Virus record (IMG/VR): IMGVR_UViG_2617270943_000001 | Location: 1-26,221 of that record | DNA: 26,221 nt | Reading direction: 5' to 3' (one strand) | Source: a virus | Lineage: Duplodnaviria; Heunggongvirae; Uroviricota; Caudoviricetes | The notes under the pieces: model-generated | The model's database searches: none | What the model was told of the DNA's origin: nothing | What the model saw: only the letters and a program-made list of their open reading frames with translations | Program-made: the position numbers and the translations under genes | Shown: piece after piece, positions 1 to 7,933 of the stretch | How positions within the stretch are numbered: the stretch's first letter is position 1 | Layout: the number at the start of each line of letters is the position of its first letter

Positions 1-1164
1 TTACGCCTTCTTTATATCCTCCATAATTCCAGAGTGGGACATATTTGGGACATTATCACCAAAAATGTCGTCTATTTTCCTCGCATGCTCTGTCAAATGA
101 TTAGGCGCAAGGTGAGCATACCTACGAACCATTTCTATGGACTCCCATCCGCCCATTTCCTGAAGCACTGATAATGGGACGCCTGACTGAATCAGCCAGC
201 TTGCCCAGGTGTGTCTGAGGTCATGGAAACGGAAATCTTCAATTCCTGCACGACGACAAGCTGATAGCCATGATGTCTTGCTGTCGATGCGCATCTTCCT
301 GACCGCAGGCGTTGATGTTCCATCTGCTCGCTTAGCCGCCTTGGTATGTACAAACACCCATTTGTGATGCTTGCCTATTTGATCACGCAACACTTTACAG
401 GCGGTATCGTTCAGCGCCACACCAATGGCGCGGTTTGATTTGCTCTCTTCTGGATTCACCCAGGCAACTCGTCGCTGCATGTCGATTTGTTGCCATTCCA
501 GATTTATGATGTTCGACTTTCTCAGACCAGTTGCCAGCGCAAACTTGACGACAGATTTCAGTGGTTCGGGGCACTCATCAATAAGGCGTTTTGCTTCCTC
601 CTTTTCCAGCCATCTGACTCGCTTGTTTCTGACCGCTGGTATCTTGATGACAGGCGCTTTTTCCAGCCACTTCCAGTCGCGTTCTGCAGCACGGAGAATG
701 GCCTTTATCATGGCAAGATGCTTTGCCTTTGTCTGAGTTGATACTGGCTTTGGTTCATAAACAGGCGGTTCTTTACCTTTCCTGATGGCGGCCTGAACTT
801 TCTGTTTCCATATTTCTTTCGTCTTTCTGTTATGCATTCTGCTTACAGCAGAGTAAATCTTTGCCTCCGAGATATCTTTAAGCCTTATACCCTCAAAATG
901 TTCAAGCCAGAACTCAATCCGGCTTTTATCTGAATCGAGAGATTTTTTATCAGCTTTTTCCTCAAGCCATCTTAGGCAGGCCTCTTCAAAAGTGACATCA
1001 GGTAAATCCCCTAGCTTTTCTACTCGCCAGAGTTCTGCTTTTCGCTTGTCGTGCAACTCCTGAGCTTGCCGCTTGTCCTTTGTGCCAAGAGATTCCTTAA
1101 TTCGTTTCCCGCCCGGGAGCGAATACGAGGCATACCATATTTCATTTCTGCGGAAGAGTGACAT
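1..1164 (-). CDS. int: Tyrosine-type site-specific integrase, 387 aa
   Basis: Complete ORF on minus strand; C-terminal HDLRHTWAS...VRRYAHL block matches the tyrosine recombinase box II pattern (His-x-x-Arg...Tyr); sits at the prophage end next to an excisionase-like gene. Stop codon is at window position 1-3, so attL lies outside the window. Confidence 0.9.
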   Translation of the reverse strand: MSLFRRNEIWYASYSLPGGKRIKESLGTKDKRQAQELHDKRKAELWRVEKLGDLPDVTFEEACLRWLEEKADKKSLDSDKSRIEFWLEHFEGIRLKDISEAKIYSAVSRMHNRKTKEIWKQKVQAAIRKGKEPPVYEPKPVSTQTKAKHLAMIKAILRAAERDWKWLEKAPVIKIPAVRNKRVRWLEKEEAKRLIDECPEPLKSVVKFALATGLRKSNIINLEWQQIDMQRRVAWVNPEESKSNRAIGVALNDTACKVLRDQIGKHHKWVFVHTKAAKRADGTSTPAVRKMRIDSKTSWLSACRRAGIEDFRFHDLRHTWASWLIQSGVPLSVLQEMGGWESIEMVRRYAHLAPNHLTEHARKIDDIFGDNVPNMSHSGIMEDIKKA

Positions 1165-1391
1165 TTTCTTTCCTCTGTTATGCCATCACCCGCGCTCACC
1201 TGGACAGTATGCAGCGGAGACTGAAGCGCCGCAATGCAGGCTTGCCGTGTTGTGAGGTAAGGAGATTTTGGCTTGGTTGGATCTTTACGTGTTGCCTGTA
1301 GGCGGCCTGTTCGTATCCAGTTGGTGGCGGTTGGTCTGGATATCTTAAGAAACTGACAGGCCTCATCGAGTGTGAGGCTGTATGATTCCAT
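1020..1391 (-). CDS. xis: Excisionase-like DNA-binding protein (start at internal Met, [31 protein letters not shown])
   Basis: ATG at 1391 (minus) gives an N-terminal helix-turn-helix typical of Xis/AlpA-type proteins, immediately upstream of int. The reading frame stays open to 1020 and so overlaps the int start by 145 nt; true C-terminus not verified. Confidence 0.55.
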   Translation of the reverse strand: MESYSLTLDEACQFLKISRPTATNWIRTGRLQATRKDPTKPKSPYLTTRQACIAALQSPLHTVQVSAGDGITEERKCHSSAEMKYGMPRIRSRAGNELRNLLAQRTSGKLRSCTTSEKQNSGE

Positions 1392-1641
1392 GGTTACCTC
1401 TGCTTTTTGAACGCATGTCACGTAACTTCTTAATGTGTTCTGCCGTTTCGATCTCTTCTGCTATCCGATCTGCATCAGCTTTATTCACAGGTTCAAAGTC
1501 ATGATTAAAGCGGAACATGCTGGCGATACATGTTCTGCCTTTTCGGATGTAGTGAACTTTGTTGTGGGTAGAACGCAGGATTTTGCAGGGAGTGCCGTGG
1601 TGGTCGACGTACCAGGTGTTAGGAAAAATGATTCTGAACAT
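1363..1641 (-). CDS. Hypothetical small prophage protein, 92 aa
   Basis: ORF in the leftward early operon, co-oriented with neighbours. Product not recognised with certainty. Confidence 0.45.
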   Translation of the reverse strand: MFRIIFPNTWYVDHHGTPCKILRSTHNKVHYIRKGRTCIASMFRFNHDFEPVNKADADRIAEEIETAEHIKKLRDMRSKSRGNHGIIQPHTR

Positions 1642-1688
1642 TTTTACACCTCAGTTGGACGATGTTGAAATTTGCTGCTTTGAGGCCA

Positions 1689-1907
1689 TCACAGTCCCCA
1701 TTGTTTGTTCTTAAGTTCGATCTCCTCCTGGCAACTTGCACAAGTCCGACAACCCTGAACAGCCAGGCGTCTTCGCTCATCTATCGGATCGCCACACTCA
1801 CAACAATGAGTTGCGGATACAGTCTGGTAGTTCAGACGACGCATTTTTATTGCTGTATTGCGCTGTAATTCTTCGATTTCTGATGCCGAATCAATGATGT
1901 CTGCCAT
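1689..1907 (-). CDS. TraR/DksA-family C4-type zinc-finger protein, 72 aa
   Basis: Four-Cys motif CxxC...CxxC (HCCECGDPID...GCRTCASCQ) in a 72-aa phage early protein, typical of TraR/YbiI-like zinc-finger proteins of prophages and plasmids. Confidence 0.7.
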   Translation of the reverse strand: MADIIDSASEIEELQRNTAIKMRRLNYQTVSATHCCECGDPIDERRRLAVQGCRTCASCQEEIELKNKQWGL

Positions 1908-2005
1908 CTTCCATTAATCCCTGAATTGTTGGTTAATACGCTTGAGGATGAATGCGAACAATAAAAAAGGAGCCTGTAGCTCCCTGATGATTTTGCTTTT
2001 CATGT

Positions 2006-2287
2006 TCACCGTTCCTTAAAGACGCCGTTTAACATGCCGATCGCCAGGCTTAAATGAGTCGGTGTGAATCCCATCAGCGTTACCGTTTCGCGGTGCTTCT
2101 TCAGTACGCTACGGCAAATGTCATCGACGTTTTTATCCGGAAACTGCTGTCTGGCTTTTTTGATTTCAGAATTAGCCTGACGGGCAATGCTGCGAAGGGC
2201 GTTTTCCTGCTGAGGTGTCATTGAACAAGTCCCATGTCGGCAAGCATAAGCACACAGAATATGAAGCCCGCTGCCAGAAAAATGCAT
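2006..2287 (-). CDS. Hypothetical small prophage protein (start uncertain; candidate ATGs at 2317, 2287, 2221)
   Basis: ORF in the leftward operon between the zinc-finger gene and exo. No recognisable motif. Confidence 0.35.
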   Translation of the reverse strand: MHFSGSGLHILCAYACRHGTCSMTPQQENALRSIARQANSEIKKARQQFPDKNVDDICRSVLKKHRETVTLMGFTPTHLSLAIGMLNGVFKER

Positions 2288-2297
2288 TCCGTGGTTG

Positions 2298-2489
2298 TCA
2301 TACCTGGTCTCTCTCATCTGCTTCTGCTTTCGCCACCATCATTTCCAGCTTTTGTGAAAGGGATGCGGCTAACGTATGAAATTCTTCGTCTGTTTCTACT
2401 GGTATTGGCACAAACCTGACTCCAATTTGAGCGAGGCTATGTGCCATCTCGATACTCGTTCTTAACTCAACGGGAGATGCTTTGTGCAT
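2298..2489 (-). CDS. Hypothetical small acidic prophage protein, 63 aa
   Basis: Co-oriented ORF tightly packed in the leftward early operon. Function unknown. Confidence 0.4.
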   Translation of the reverse strand: MHKASPVELRTSIEMAHSLAQIGVRFVPIPVETDEEFHTLAASLSQKLEMMVAKAEADERDQV

Positions 2490-2650
2490 ACAGCTCCCCG
2501 TTTATTATTTATCTCCTCAGCCAGCCGCTGTGCTTTCAGGGGATTTCGGATAACAGAAAGGCCGGGAAATACCCAGCCTCGCTTCGTAACGGAGTAGACG
2601 AAAGTGATCGTGCCTACGCGGATATTATCGTGAGGATGTTTCATCGCCAT
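2462..2650 (-). CDS. Hypothetical small prophage protein, 62 aa
   Basis: Start overlaps the exo stop by about 10 nt, a typical phage operon coupling arrangement. Function unknown. Confidence 0.4.
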   Translation of the reverse strand: MAMKHPHDNIRVGTITFVYSVTKRGWVFPGLSVIRNPLKAQRLAEEINNKRGAVCTKHLPLS

Positions 2651-3321
2651 TGCTCCCCAAATACAAAACCAATTTCAGCCAGTGCCTCGTCCATTTTTTC
2701 GATGAACTCCGGCACCATCTCGTCAAAACTCGCTATATACTTTTCATTCCGCTCAATCACGACATAATGCAGGCCTTCACGCTTCATACGCGGGTCATAG
2801 TTGGCAAAGTACCAGGCATCTTTTCGCGTCACCCACATGCTGTACTGCACCTGGGCCATGTAAGCCGATTTTATTGCCTCGAAACCACCGAGCCGGAATT
2901 TCATGAAATCCCGGGAGGTAAACGGGCATTTCAGTTCAAGGCCGTTGCCGTCACTGCATAAACCATCGGGAGAGCAGGCGGTGCGCATACTTTCGTCGCG
3001 ATAGATGATCGGGGATTCAGTAACATTCACGCCGGAAGTAAACTCAAACAGGGCTCTGGCGTCATTCTCGTACTGTTTTCCCCAGGCCAGCGCCTTAGCG
3101 TTAACTTCCGGAGCCACACCGGTGCAAATCTCAGCCAGCAGGGTGTGAAAGTAGGACATTTTCATGTCAGGCCACTTTTTTCCGGAGCGGGGTTTTGCTA
3201 TCACATTGTGAACTTCTGAAGCCGTGATGACGCCGAGTCGTAATTTGTTCCACGCATCATCTCCCTGTTCGACAGCTCTCACGTCGATCCCGGTACGCTG
3301 CAGGATAATGTCCGGTGTCAT
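2641..3321 (-). CDS. exo: Lambda-type exonuclease (Red alpha), 226 aa
   Basis: Translation [24 protein letters not shown]...[10 protein letters not shown] is near-identical over its full length to phage lambda Exo as I recall it; located directly downstream of bet. Confidence 0.95.
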   Translation of the reverse strand: MTPDIILQRTGIDVRAVEQGDDAWNKLRLGVITASEVHNVIAKPRSGKKWPDMKMSYFHTLLAEICTGVAPEVNAKALAWGKQYENDARALFEFTSGVNVTESPIIYRDESMRTACSPDGLCSDGNGLELKCPFTSRDFMKFRLGGFEAIKSAYMAQVQYSMWVTRKDAWYFANYDPRMKREGLHYVVIERNEKYIASFDEMVPEFIEKMDEALAEIGFVFGEQWR

Positions 3322-4103
3322 GCTGCCACCTTCTGCTCAGTGGCTTTCTGTTTCAGGAATCCAAGAGCTTTCACTGCTTCGGCCTGTGTCAGTTCTGACG
3401 ATGCGCGAATGTCGCGGCGAAATATCTGGGAACAGAGCGGCAATAAGTCGTCATCCCATGTTTTATCCAGGGCGATCAGCAGAGTGTTAATCTCCTGCAT
3501 GGTTTCATCGTTAACCGGAGTGATGTCGCGTTCCGGCTGACGTTCTGCAGTGTATGCGGTATTTTCGACAATGCGCTCGGCTTCATCCTTGTCATAGATA
3601 CCAGCAAATCCGAAGGCGAGACGGGCACACTGAATCATGGCTTTATGCCGTAACATCCGTTTGGGATGCGACTGCCACGGCCCCGTGATTTCTCTGCCTT
3701 CGCGGGTTTTGAATGGTTCGCGGCGGCATTCATCCATCCACTCGGTAACGCAGATCGGATGATTACGGTCCTTGCGGTAAATCCGGCATGTACATGATTC
3801 ATTGTCCTGCTCAAAGTCCATGCCATCAAACTGCTGGTTTTCATTGATGATACGGGACCAGCCATCAACGCCCACCACCGGAACGATGCCGTTCTGCTTG
3901 TCAGGGAAGGCGTAAATTTCTTTCGTCCACGGATTAAGGCCGTACTGGTTGGCGACGATCAACAATGCGATGAACTGCGCATCGCTGGCATCACCTTTAA
4001 ATGCCGTCTGGCGAAGAGTGGTGATCAGTTCCTGTGGGTCGACAGAATCCATGCCGACACGTTCAGCCAGCTTCCCAGCCAGCGTTGCGAGTGCTGTACT
4101 CAT
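3318..4103 (-). CDS. bet: Single-strand annealing protein Bet (Red beta), 261 aa
   Basis: Translation [48 protein letters not shown]... matches lambda Bet; start/stop overlap with exo as in lambda. Confidence 0.95.
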   Translation of the reverse strand: MSTALATLAGKLAERVGMDSVDPQELITTLRQTAFKGDASDAQFIALLIVANQYGLNPWTKEIYAFPDKQNGIVPVVGVDGWSRIINENQQFDGMDFEQDNESCTCRIYRKDRNHPICVTEWMDECRREPFKTREGREITGPWQSHPKRMLRHKAMIQCARLAFGFAGIYDKDEAERIVENTAYTAERQPERDITPVNDETMQEINTLLIALDKTWDDDLLPLCSQIFRRDIRASSELTQAEAVKALGFLKQKATEQKVAA

Positions 4104-4108
4104 CCGTT

Positions 4109-4405
4109 TTATACCTCTGAATCAATATCAACCTGGTGGTGAGCAATGGTTTCAACCATGTACCGGATGTGTTCTGCCATGCGCTCCTGAAACTCAACAT
4201 CGTCATCAAACGCACGGGTAATGGCTTTTTTGCTGGCCCCGTGGCGTTGCAAATGATCGATGCATAGCGATTCAAACAGGTGCTGGGGCAGGCTTTTTTC
4301 CATGTCGTCTGCCAGTTCTGCCTCTTTCTCTTCACGGGCGAGCTGCTGGTAGTGACGCGCCCAGCTCTGAGCCTCAAGACGATCCTGAATGTAATAAGCG
4401 TTCAT
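4109..4405 (-). CDS. gam: Gam, RecBCD inhibitor (short GamS-type form, 98 aa)
   Basis: Translation [37 protein letters not shown]...[10 protein letters not shown] matches lambda Gam from its internal start; AGGAG Shine-Dalgarno upstream of the ATG at 4405. Confidence 0.9.
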   Translation of the reverse strand: MNAYYIQDRLEAQSWARHYQQLAREEKEAELADDMEKSLPQHLFESLCIDHLQRHGASKKAITRAFDDDVEFQERMAEHIRYMVETIAHHQVDIDSEV

Positions 4406-4481
4406 GGCTGAACTCCTGAAAATGGCTGTGAAAATATCGCCCGCGAAATGCCAGGCTGATTAGGAAAACAGGAAAGGGGGG

Positions 4482-4772
4482 TTAGTGATTCAGGCCGTTA
4501 CCGCGTCCGTCGAGAAAAACTTCCACGAGCAAATCACTGGTATAAGTGCGCTCGATGCCGCGATGCAGATAAAGCCGTCCGCGTAAATTAGCTGATGCAG
4601 TCCAGGTACCATCTTTGTGTTTGACCAGCATTCCTGGCATGACCGCGCCGCGATTAACGGTCTGTGTTCCGTAATGTTGATGAACCATAAAAACTCCTGC
4701 CCGTAAGCTGGGCTGCTGAACATATAGAGACTTCTGCGCATATTCAGGCGGTGGATGGCCGCCGGTTGTCAT
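4482..4772 (-). CDS. Hypothetical protein, first gene downstream of putative pL (96 aa from ATG at 4772; alternative TTG start at 4892 would add an Arg-rich N-terminus)
   Basis: ORF 4482..4892 on minus strand; the internal ATG at 4772 has a GAGG Shine-Dalgarno, whereas the TTG at 4892 has none. Not recognised as any lambda early protein. Confidence 0.35.
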   Translation of the reverse strand: MTTGGHPPPEYAQKSLYVQQPSLRAGVFMVHQHYGTQTVNRGAVMPGMLVKHKDGTWTASANLRGRLYLHRGIERTYTSDLLVEVFLDGRGNGLNH

Positions 4773-4959
4773 AACTAAGCCGCCTCGTTGAAGCGACTGA
4801 GGTATGAAATGTTGAGTTAATTTCAGCTGGTCACACCGACGTTCACGCGTCCGTTTCACCCCTCGCACTCCCCGAAGCCTGCTGAAATTCAAACTGCGGA
4901 TCTAAGCGGTCATCGCAACGGTGAATCAGGTAGTTGCCGTATCGTTGTGTTGTTGCGAT

Positions 4960-5040
4960 GAACTTATTTAAAACTATAGTTGTTTTATCGTCAACAACAA
5001 AAGTTGTTTTATTGGTTGTTTTAGATATAACTGGTTGTAT
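4960..5040 (-). promoter_or_regulatory. Putative pL promoter and OL operators
   Basis: Minus strand reads TTGTTGTTGACGATAAAACAACTATAGTTTTAAAT, almost identical to the pR module TGGTTGTTGACTAAAAACAACCATAGTTTTAATCT. -35 TTGACG at 4994..4989; several GTTGTT/AACAAC half-sites arranged as dyads. Confidence 0.55.
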
Positions 5041-5120
5041 TTAGGATGGATTTATTTTGTGACTTGAATCGCATAGCGATAACTGAAGCGAGGTTATGGT
5101 GGTTTTTTTAACGGTGTGTG

Positions 5121-5152
5121 TGATGAGGGGAGGGCAAAAGAAAACCCGGCAC
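5121..5152 (-). terminator. Putative rho-independent terminator downstream of cI
   Basis: Minus strand has a CCCGG-8 nt-CCGGG hairpin followed by TTTTCTTTT; lies between the cI stop and the pL region. Confidence 0.4.
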
Positions 5153-5283
5153 GGTGACCGGGATTCTTACGCCGTTAGGTAAAGATATTATTGCGGTGGC
5201 TTAATATTACTACCTAGAGCAAAGATAGGAATTAGTTCTTTACTGAATGAGCACAATGCCCAGTTGATAATTTTTAATTGGTA

Positions 5284-5973
5284 CTACCCATGCTTCCTAT
5301 ATGTCTGCGGCATGCTCCCAATAACCTTACCGAAGATGAACACCCGGTTCATCTCGTCTTTCTCGATCGGGTCCCACGGTGAGTAGCTTTTGTTATCAGA
5401 GATGACCAGCAGCTTATCCTTCATCATTTGCAGGCGCTTTACATGGGCTGTGTCGTCGTACAGAAACGCATAGATACCATCACCGTCGAAAGATTTAACT
5501 GTGATATCAACGAACAGCAGATCACCTGGTTCGATCGTTCCTGACATGCTGTCACCACGCACGTTAATGATGCGGATATTTTCCGCCTTCCTACCATCGA
5601 ACATGTGACGAGCATCGTCAAACGAGTACTCAACCGAGCGTAGAACTTCTACAAACTCACGGTTGATGACTCCCGGCCCAGCACTGACTTCTATATCAAG
5701 AACGTCAATCTTGAAGTATTTGGAATGGCTGACAGTTGATTGTATTGGTTGCACTGTACTGTCTGACATATTTCCAACGCCAGAAGATAACCATTCTGCG
5801 CGCACACCCAAAGCGTTCGCGATCTCCACGATTTTAGTTGTTTGATTAGCTTTCCCTGTTTCGATTTTCTGAATAGCAGCCTGGCTAACCCCGACCAAAT
5901 CCCCAAGCGCCTTTTGTGTAAGGCCTCGCGCTAATCTGGCTTCTTTAAGTCTTTCTGAGAGTGTTGTTTTCAT
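5284..5973 (-). CDS. cI: cI-type repressor: N-terminal HTH plus C-terminal S24 (LexA-like) autopeptidase, 230 aa
   Basis: HTH LTQKALGDLVGVSQAAIQKIE; Ala-Gly cleavage site (SAGPG); catalytic Ser (GDSM) and Lys (VKRL). Divergent from the cro-like gene across an operator-rich spacer. ATG at 5973 has no Shine-Dalgarno, consistent with a leaderless PRM transcript as in lambda. Confidence 0.85.
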   Translation of the reverse strand: MKTTLSERLKEARLARGLTQKALGDLVGVSQAAIQKIETGKANQTTKIVEIANALGVRAEWLSSGVGNMSDSTVQPIQSTVSHSKYFKIDVLDIEVSAGPGVINREFVEVLRSVEYSFDDARHMFDGRKAENIRIINVRGDSMSGTIEPGDLLFVDITVKSFDGDGIYAFLYDDTAHVKRLQMMKDKLLVISDNKSYSPWDPIEKDEMNRVFIFGKVIGSMPQTYRKHG

Positions 5974-5979
5974 AGTCCA

Positions 5980-6077
5980 AATGTACAACCAAGGTTTTAT
6001 TCCATCAAACGAAAATGGTTGTTGACTAAAAACAACCATAGTTTTAATCTTGATTCAAATTAACCACGGAGGTTGTT
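5980..6077. promoter_or_regulatory. OR operators with divergent pR and pRM
   Basis: Dyad TGGTTGTT-7 bp-AACAACCA (6017..6039) overlaps a -35 TTGACT (6022..6027), 17-bp spacer and -10 TAATCT (6045..6050). Further ACAACCA/GGTTGTT half-sites at about 5986 and 6071. GGAGG Shine-Dalgarno before the cro ATG. Confidence 0.6.
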
Positions 6078-6308
6078 ATGAACCCAGCTATCAAAACAGC
6101 GATCAATATCGTTGGTTCACAAAAGAAACTGGGCGCTGCTTGCGAAGTTTCACAGCAGGCCGTCTATAAGTGGCTTCACAACAAAGCAAAGGTATCCCCT
6201 GAACATGTCGGCAGCATTGTTACGGCTACTGGTGGAGTAGTGAAGGCATACCAGATTCGCACGGATCTTCCGAAGTTGTTTCCACACACCGAAAAGAACG
6301 CAGCTTAA
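6078..6308 (+). CDS. cro: Cro-like HTH repressor, 76 aa
   Basis: Small HTH protein (GSQKKLGAACEVSQQAVYKWL) transcribed divergently from cI off the pR-like promoter. Confidence 0.75.
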   Translation: MNPAIKTAINIVGSQKKLGAACEVSQQAVYKWLHNKAKVSPEHVGSIVTATGGVVKAYQIRTDLPKLFPHTEKNAA

Positions 6309-6320
6309 ATTTCCATTTCA

Positions 6321-6333
6321 CGCTCTTTAACAA
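6321..6333 (+). promoter_or_regulatory. boxA-like element (candidate nutR component)
   Basis: CGCTCTTTAACAA lies 13 nt after the cro stop and matches the boxA consensus (lambda CGCTCTTA, rrn GCTCTTTAACAA). No convincing boxB hairpin seen downstream. Confidence 0.4.
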
Positions 6334-6377
6334 TAAGCAATCAACTTAACAGTCAATTCAAACTAAAGGAGTCAATT

Positions 6378-6917
6378 ATGCAACCACTTCCATACCAACA
6401 GACTAGCGGATTTAGCCCGACTGCGGTGATAAATCGTTCTCAAACAAAACAGGTGCCAGGCCACGAAAAAATCCGTGATGCCGTCCGCGCCTGGTCGGCT
6501 GTAGATAATCAGGATGTCGTTGCCACACTCATTGTGAATGAGTATCGGGAGCAGGGCGGCGGCACCATCGATTTCCCTGATGATGTCAGCCGTGCACGCC
6601 AGAAGCTGTTCCGCTTCCTCGATAACAAATTCGATTCTGAAAAATACCGAAATAACGTGCGTGAACTGACCCCGGCAATTCTGGCGGTACTAACGCTGGA
6701 ATATCGCGGTTACCTGGTTGAGCAGGATAGCTTCATGGCCAGGTTGGCTGAAATGGAAAAGGAACTCAGTGAGGCAAAACAGGCTGTCATTCTCAACGCA
6801 CCACGCCACCAGAAACTGAAGGAAATTAGTGAAGGTATTGTATCGATGTTTCGTGTGGACCCAGATCTGGCTGGTCCATTGATGGCGATGGTTACTACCA
6901 TGCTGGGGGCGATATGA
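6378..6917 (+). CDS. YdaT-family protein in the cII position, 179 aa
   Basis: Conserved blocks YREQGGG and ELTPAILAVLTLEYR resemble Rac prophage YdaT as I recall it; located between cro and O; AGGAG Shine-Dalgarno. Confidence 0.65.
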   Translation: MQPLPYQQTSGFSPTAVINRSQTKQVPGHEKIRDAVRAWSAVDNQDVVATLIVNEYREQGGGTIDFPDDVSRARQKLFRFLDNKFDSEKYRNNVRELTPAILAVLTLEYRGYLVEQDSFMARLAEMEKELSEAKQAVILNAPRHQKLKEISEGIVSMFRVDPDLAGPLMAMVTTMLGAI

Positions 6918-7003
6918 CAGGTTCAGAAATGGCGAAAGCCGGTCTGCTGGAACAGAACCGACTTTCAGGTGCAAATCGTAACACACTCATTGCGGGAGGA
7001 ATT

Positions 7004-7933
7004 ATGGCAAACACTGCTGAGATATTCAATTTTCCAGTGCCGGATGCGGCACAAAAGGAGCCGCGCGTGGCAGATCTCGATGATGGTTATACGCGCATTG
7101 CAAATGAGTTGCTGGAAGCTGTGATGCTGGCCGGATTAACACAGCACCAGCTTCTGGTCTTCCTGGCTGTCATGCGCAAAACATATGGCTTTAATAAAAA
7201 ACTGGATTGGGTGAGCAACGAGCAACTGTCCGGATTGACCGGGATATTACCGCACAAGTGTTCTGCTGCAAAAAGTGTTCTGGTAAAGCGTGGGATTTTG
7301 ATTCAGAGCGGGCGGAATATCGGTATTAATAATGTGGTCAGTGAATGGTCAACATTACCCGAATCAGGTAAGAAAAATAAAGTTTACCTGAAAGAGGTAA
7401 ATTTACCTGAATCAGGTAAGAAAAGTTTACCCAAATCAGGTAAAGGCGTTTACCCGAATCAGGTAAACACAAAAGACAAACTAACAAAAGACAATATAAA
7501 ACCTTTTTCGTCCGAGAATTCTGGCGAATCCTCTGACCAACCAGAAAACGATCTTCCTGTGGTGAAACCAGATGCTGCAATTCAGAGCGGCAGCAAGTGG
7601 GGGACAGCAGAAGACCTGACCGCCGCAGAGTGGATGTTTGACATGGTGAAGACCATCGCACCATCAGCCAGAAAACCGAATTTTGCAGGGTGGGCTAACG
7701 ATATCCGCCTGATGCGTGAACGTGACGGACGTAACCACCGCGACATGTGCGTGCTTTTCCGCTGGGCATGCCAGGACAACTTCTGGTCCGGTAACGTGCT
7801 AAGTCCGGCCAAACTCCGCGACAAGTGGACCCAACTCGAAATCAACCGTAACAAGCAACAGGCAGGCATGATAGCCAGCAAACCAAAACTCGACCTGACA
7901 AACACTGACTGGATTTACGGGGTGGATTTATGA
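7004..7933 (+). CDS. O: Replication initiator O (start at internal ATG 7004 with GGGAGGA Shine-Dalgarno)
   Basis: C-terminal about 100 aa (AEWMFDMVKTIAPSARKPNFAGWANDIRLMRERDG...TNTDWIYGVDL) is near-identical to lambda O; N-terminal domain is O-like; contains ori iterons internally. Confidence 0.9.
   Translation: MANTAEIFNFPVPDAAQKEPRVADLDDGYTRIANELLEAVMLAGLTQHQLLVFLAVMRKTYGFNKKLDWVSNEQLSGLTGILPHKCSAAKSVLVKRGILIQSGRNIGINNVVSEWSTLPESGKKNKVYLKEVNLPESGKKSLPKSGKGVYPNQVNTKDKLTKDNIKPFSSENSGESSDQPENDLPVVKPDAAIQSGSKWGTAEDLTAAEWMFDMVKTIAPSARKPNFAGWANDIRLMRERDGRNHRDMCVLFRWACQDNFWSGNVLSPAKLRDKWTQLEINRNKQQAGMIASKPKLDLTNTDWIYGVDL
7356..7468 (+). repeat. Origin iterons: five tandem copies of about 18 bp (TTTACCCGAATCAGGTAA-like), followed by an A-rich tract
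   Basis: Direct repeats at about 7356, 7383 (degenerate), 7402, 7426 and 7448 inside O, followed by ACACAAAAGACAAACTAACAAAAGACAATATAAAAC, mirroring the lambda ori layout. Confidence 0.75.

Noticed and set aside
425-741. Two plus-strand ORFs (103 aa, 84 aa) inside int
   Set aside because: Fully embedded antisense to a well-supported integrase gene; no ribosome-binding sites; likely chance ORFs.
4482-4892. Calling the 136-aa TTG-initiated ORF a bona fide N antiterminator
   Set aside because: No Shine-Dalgarno before the TTG, no boxA/boxB nutL found in the pL leader, and no sequence similarity to lambda, P22 or phi21 N that I can recognise; kept only as a low-confidence hypothesis.
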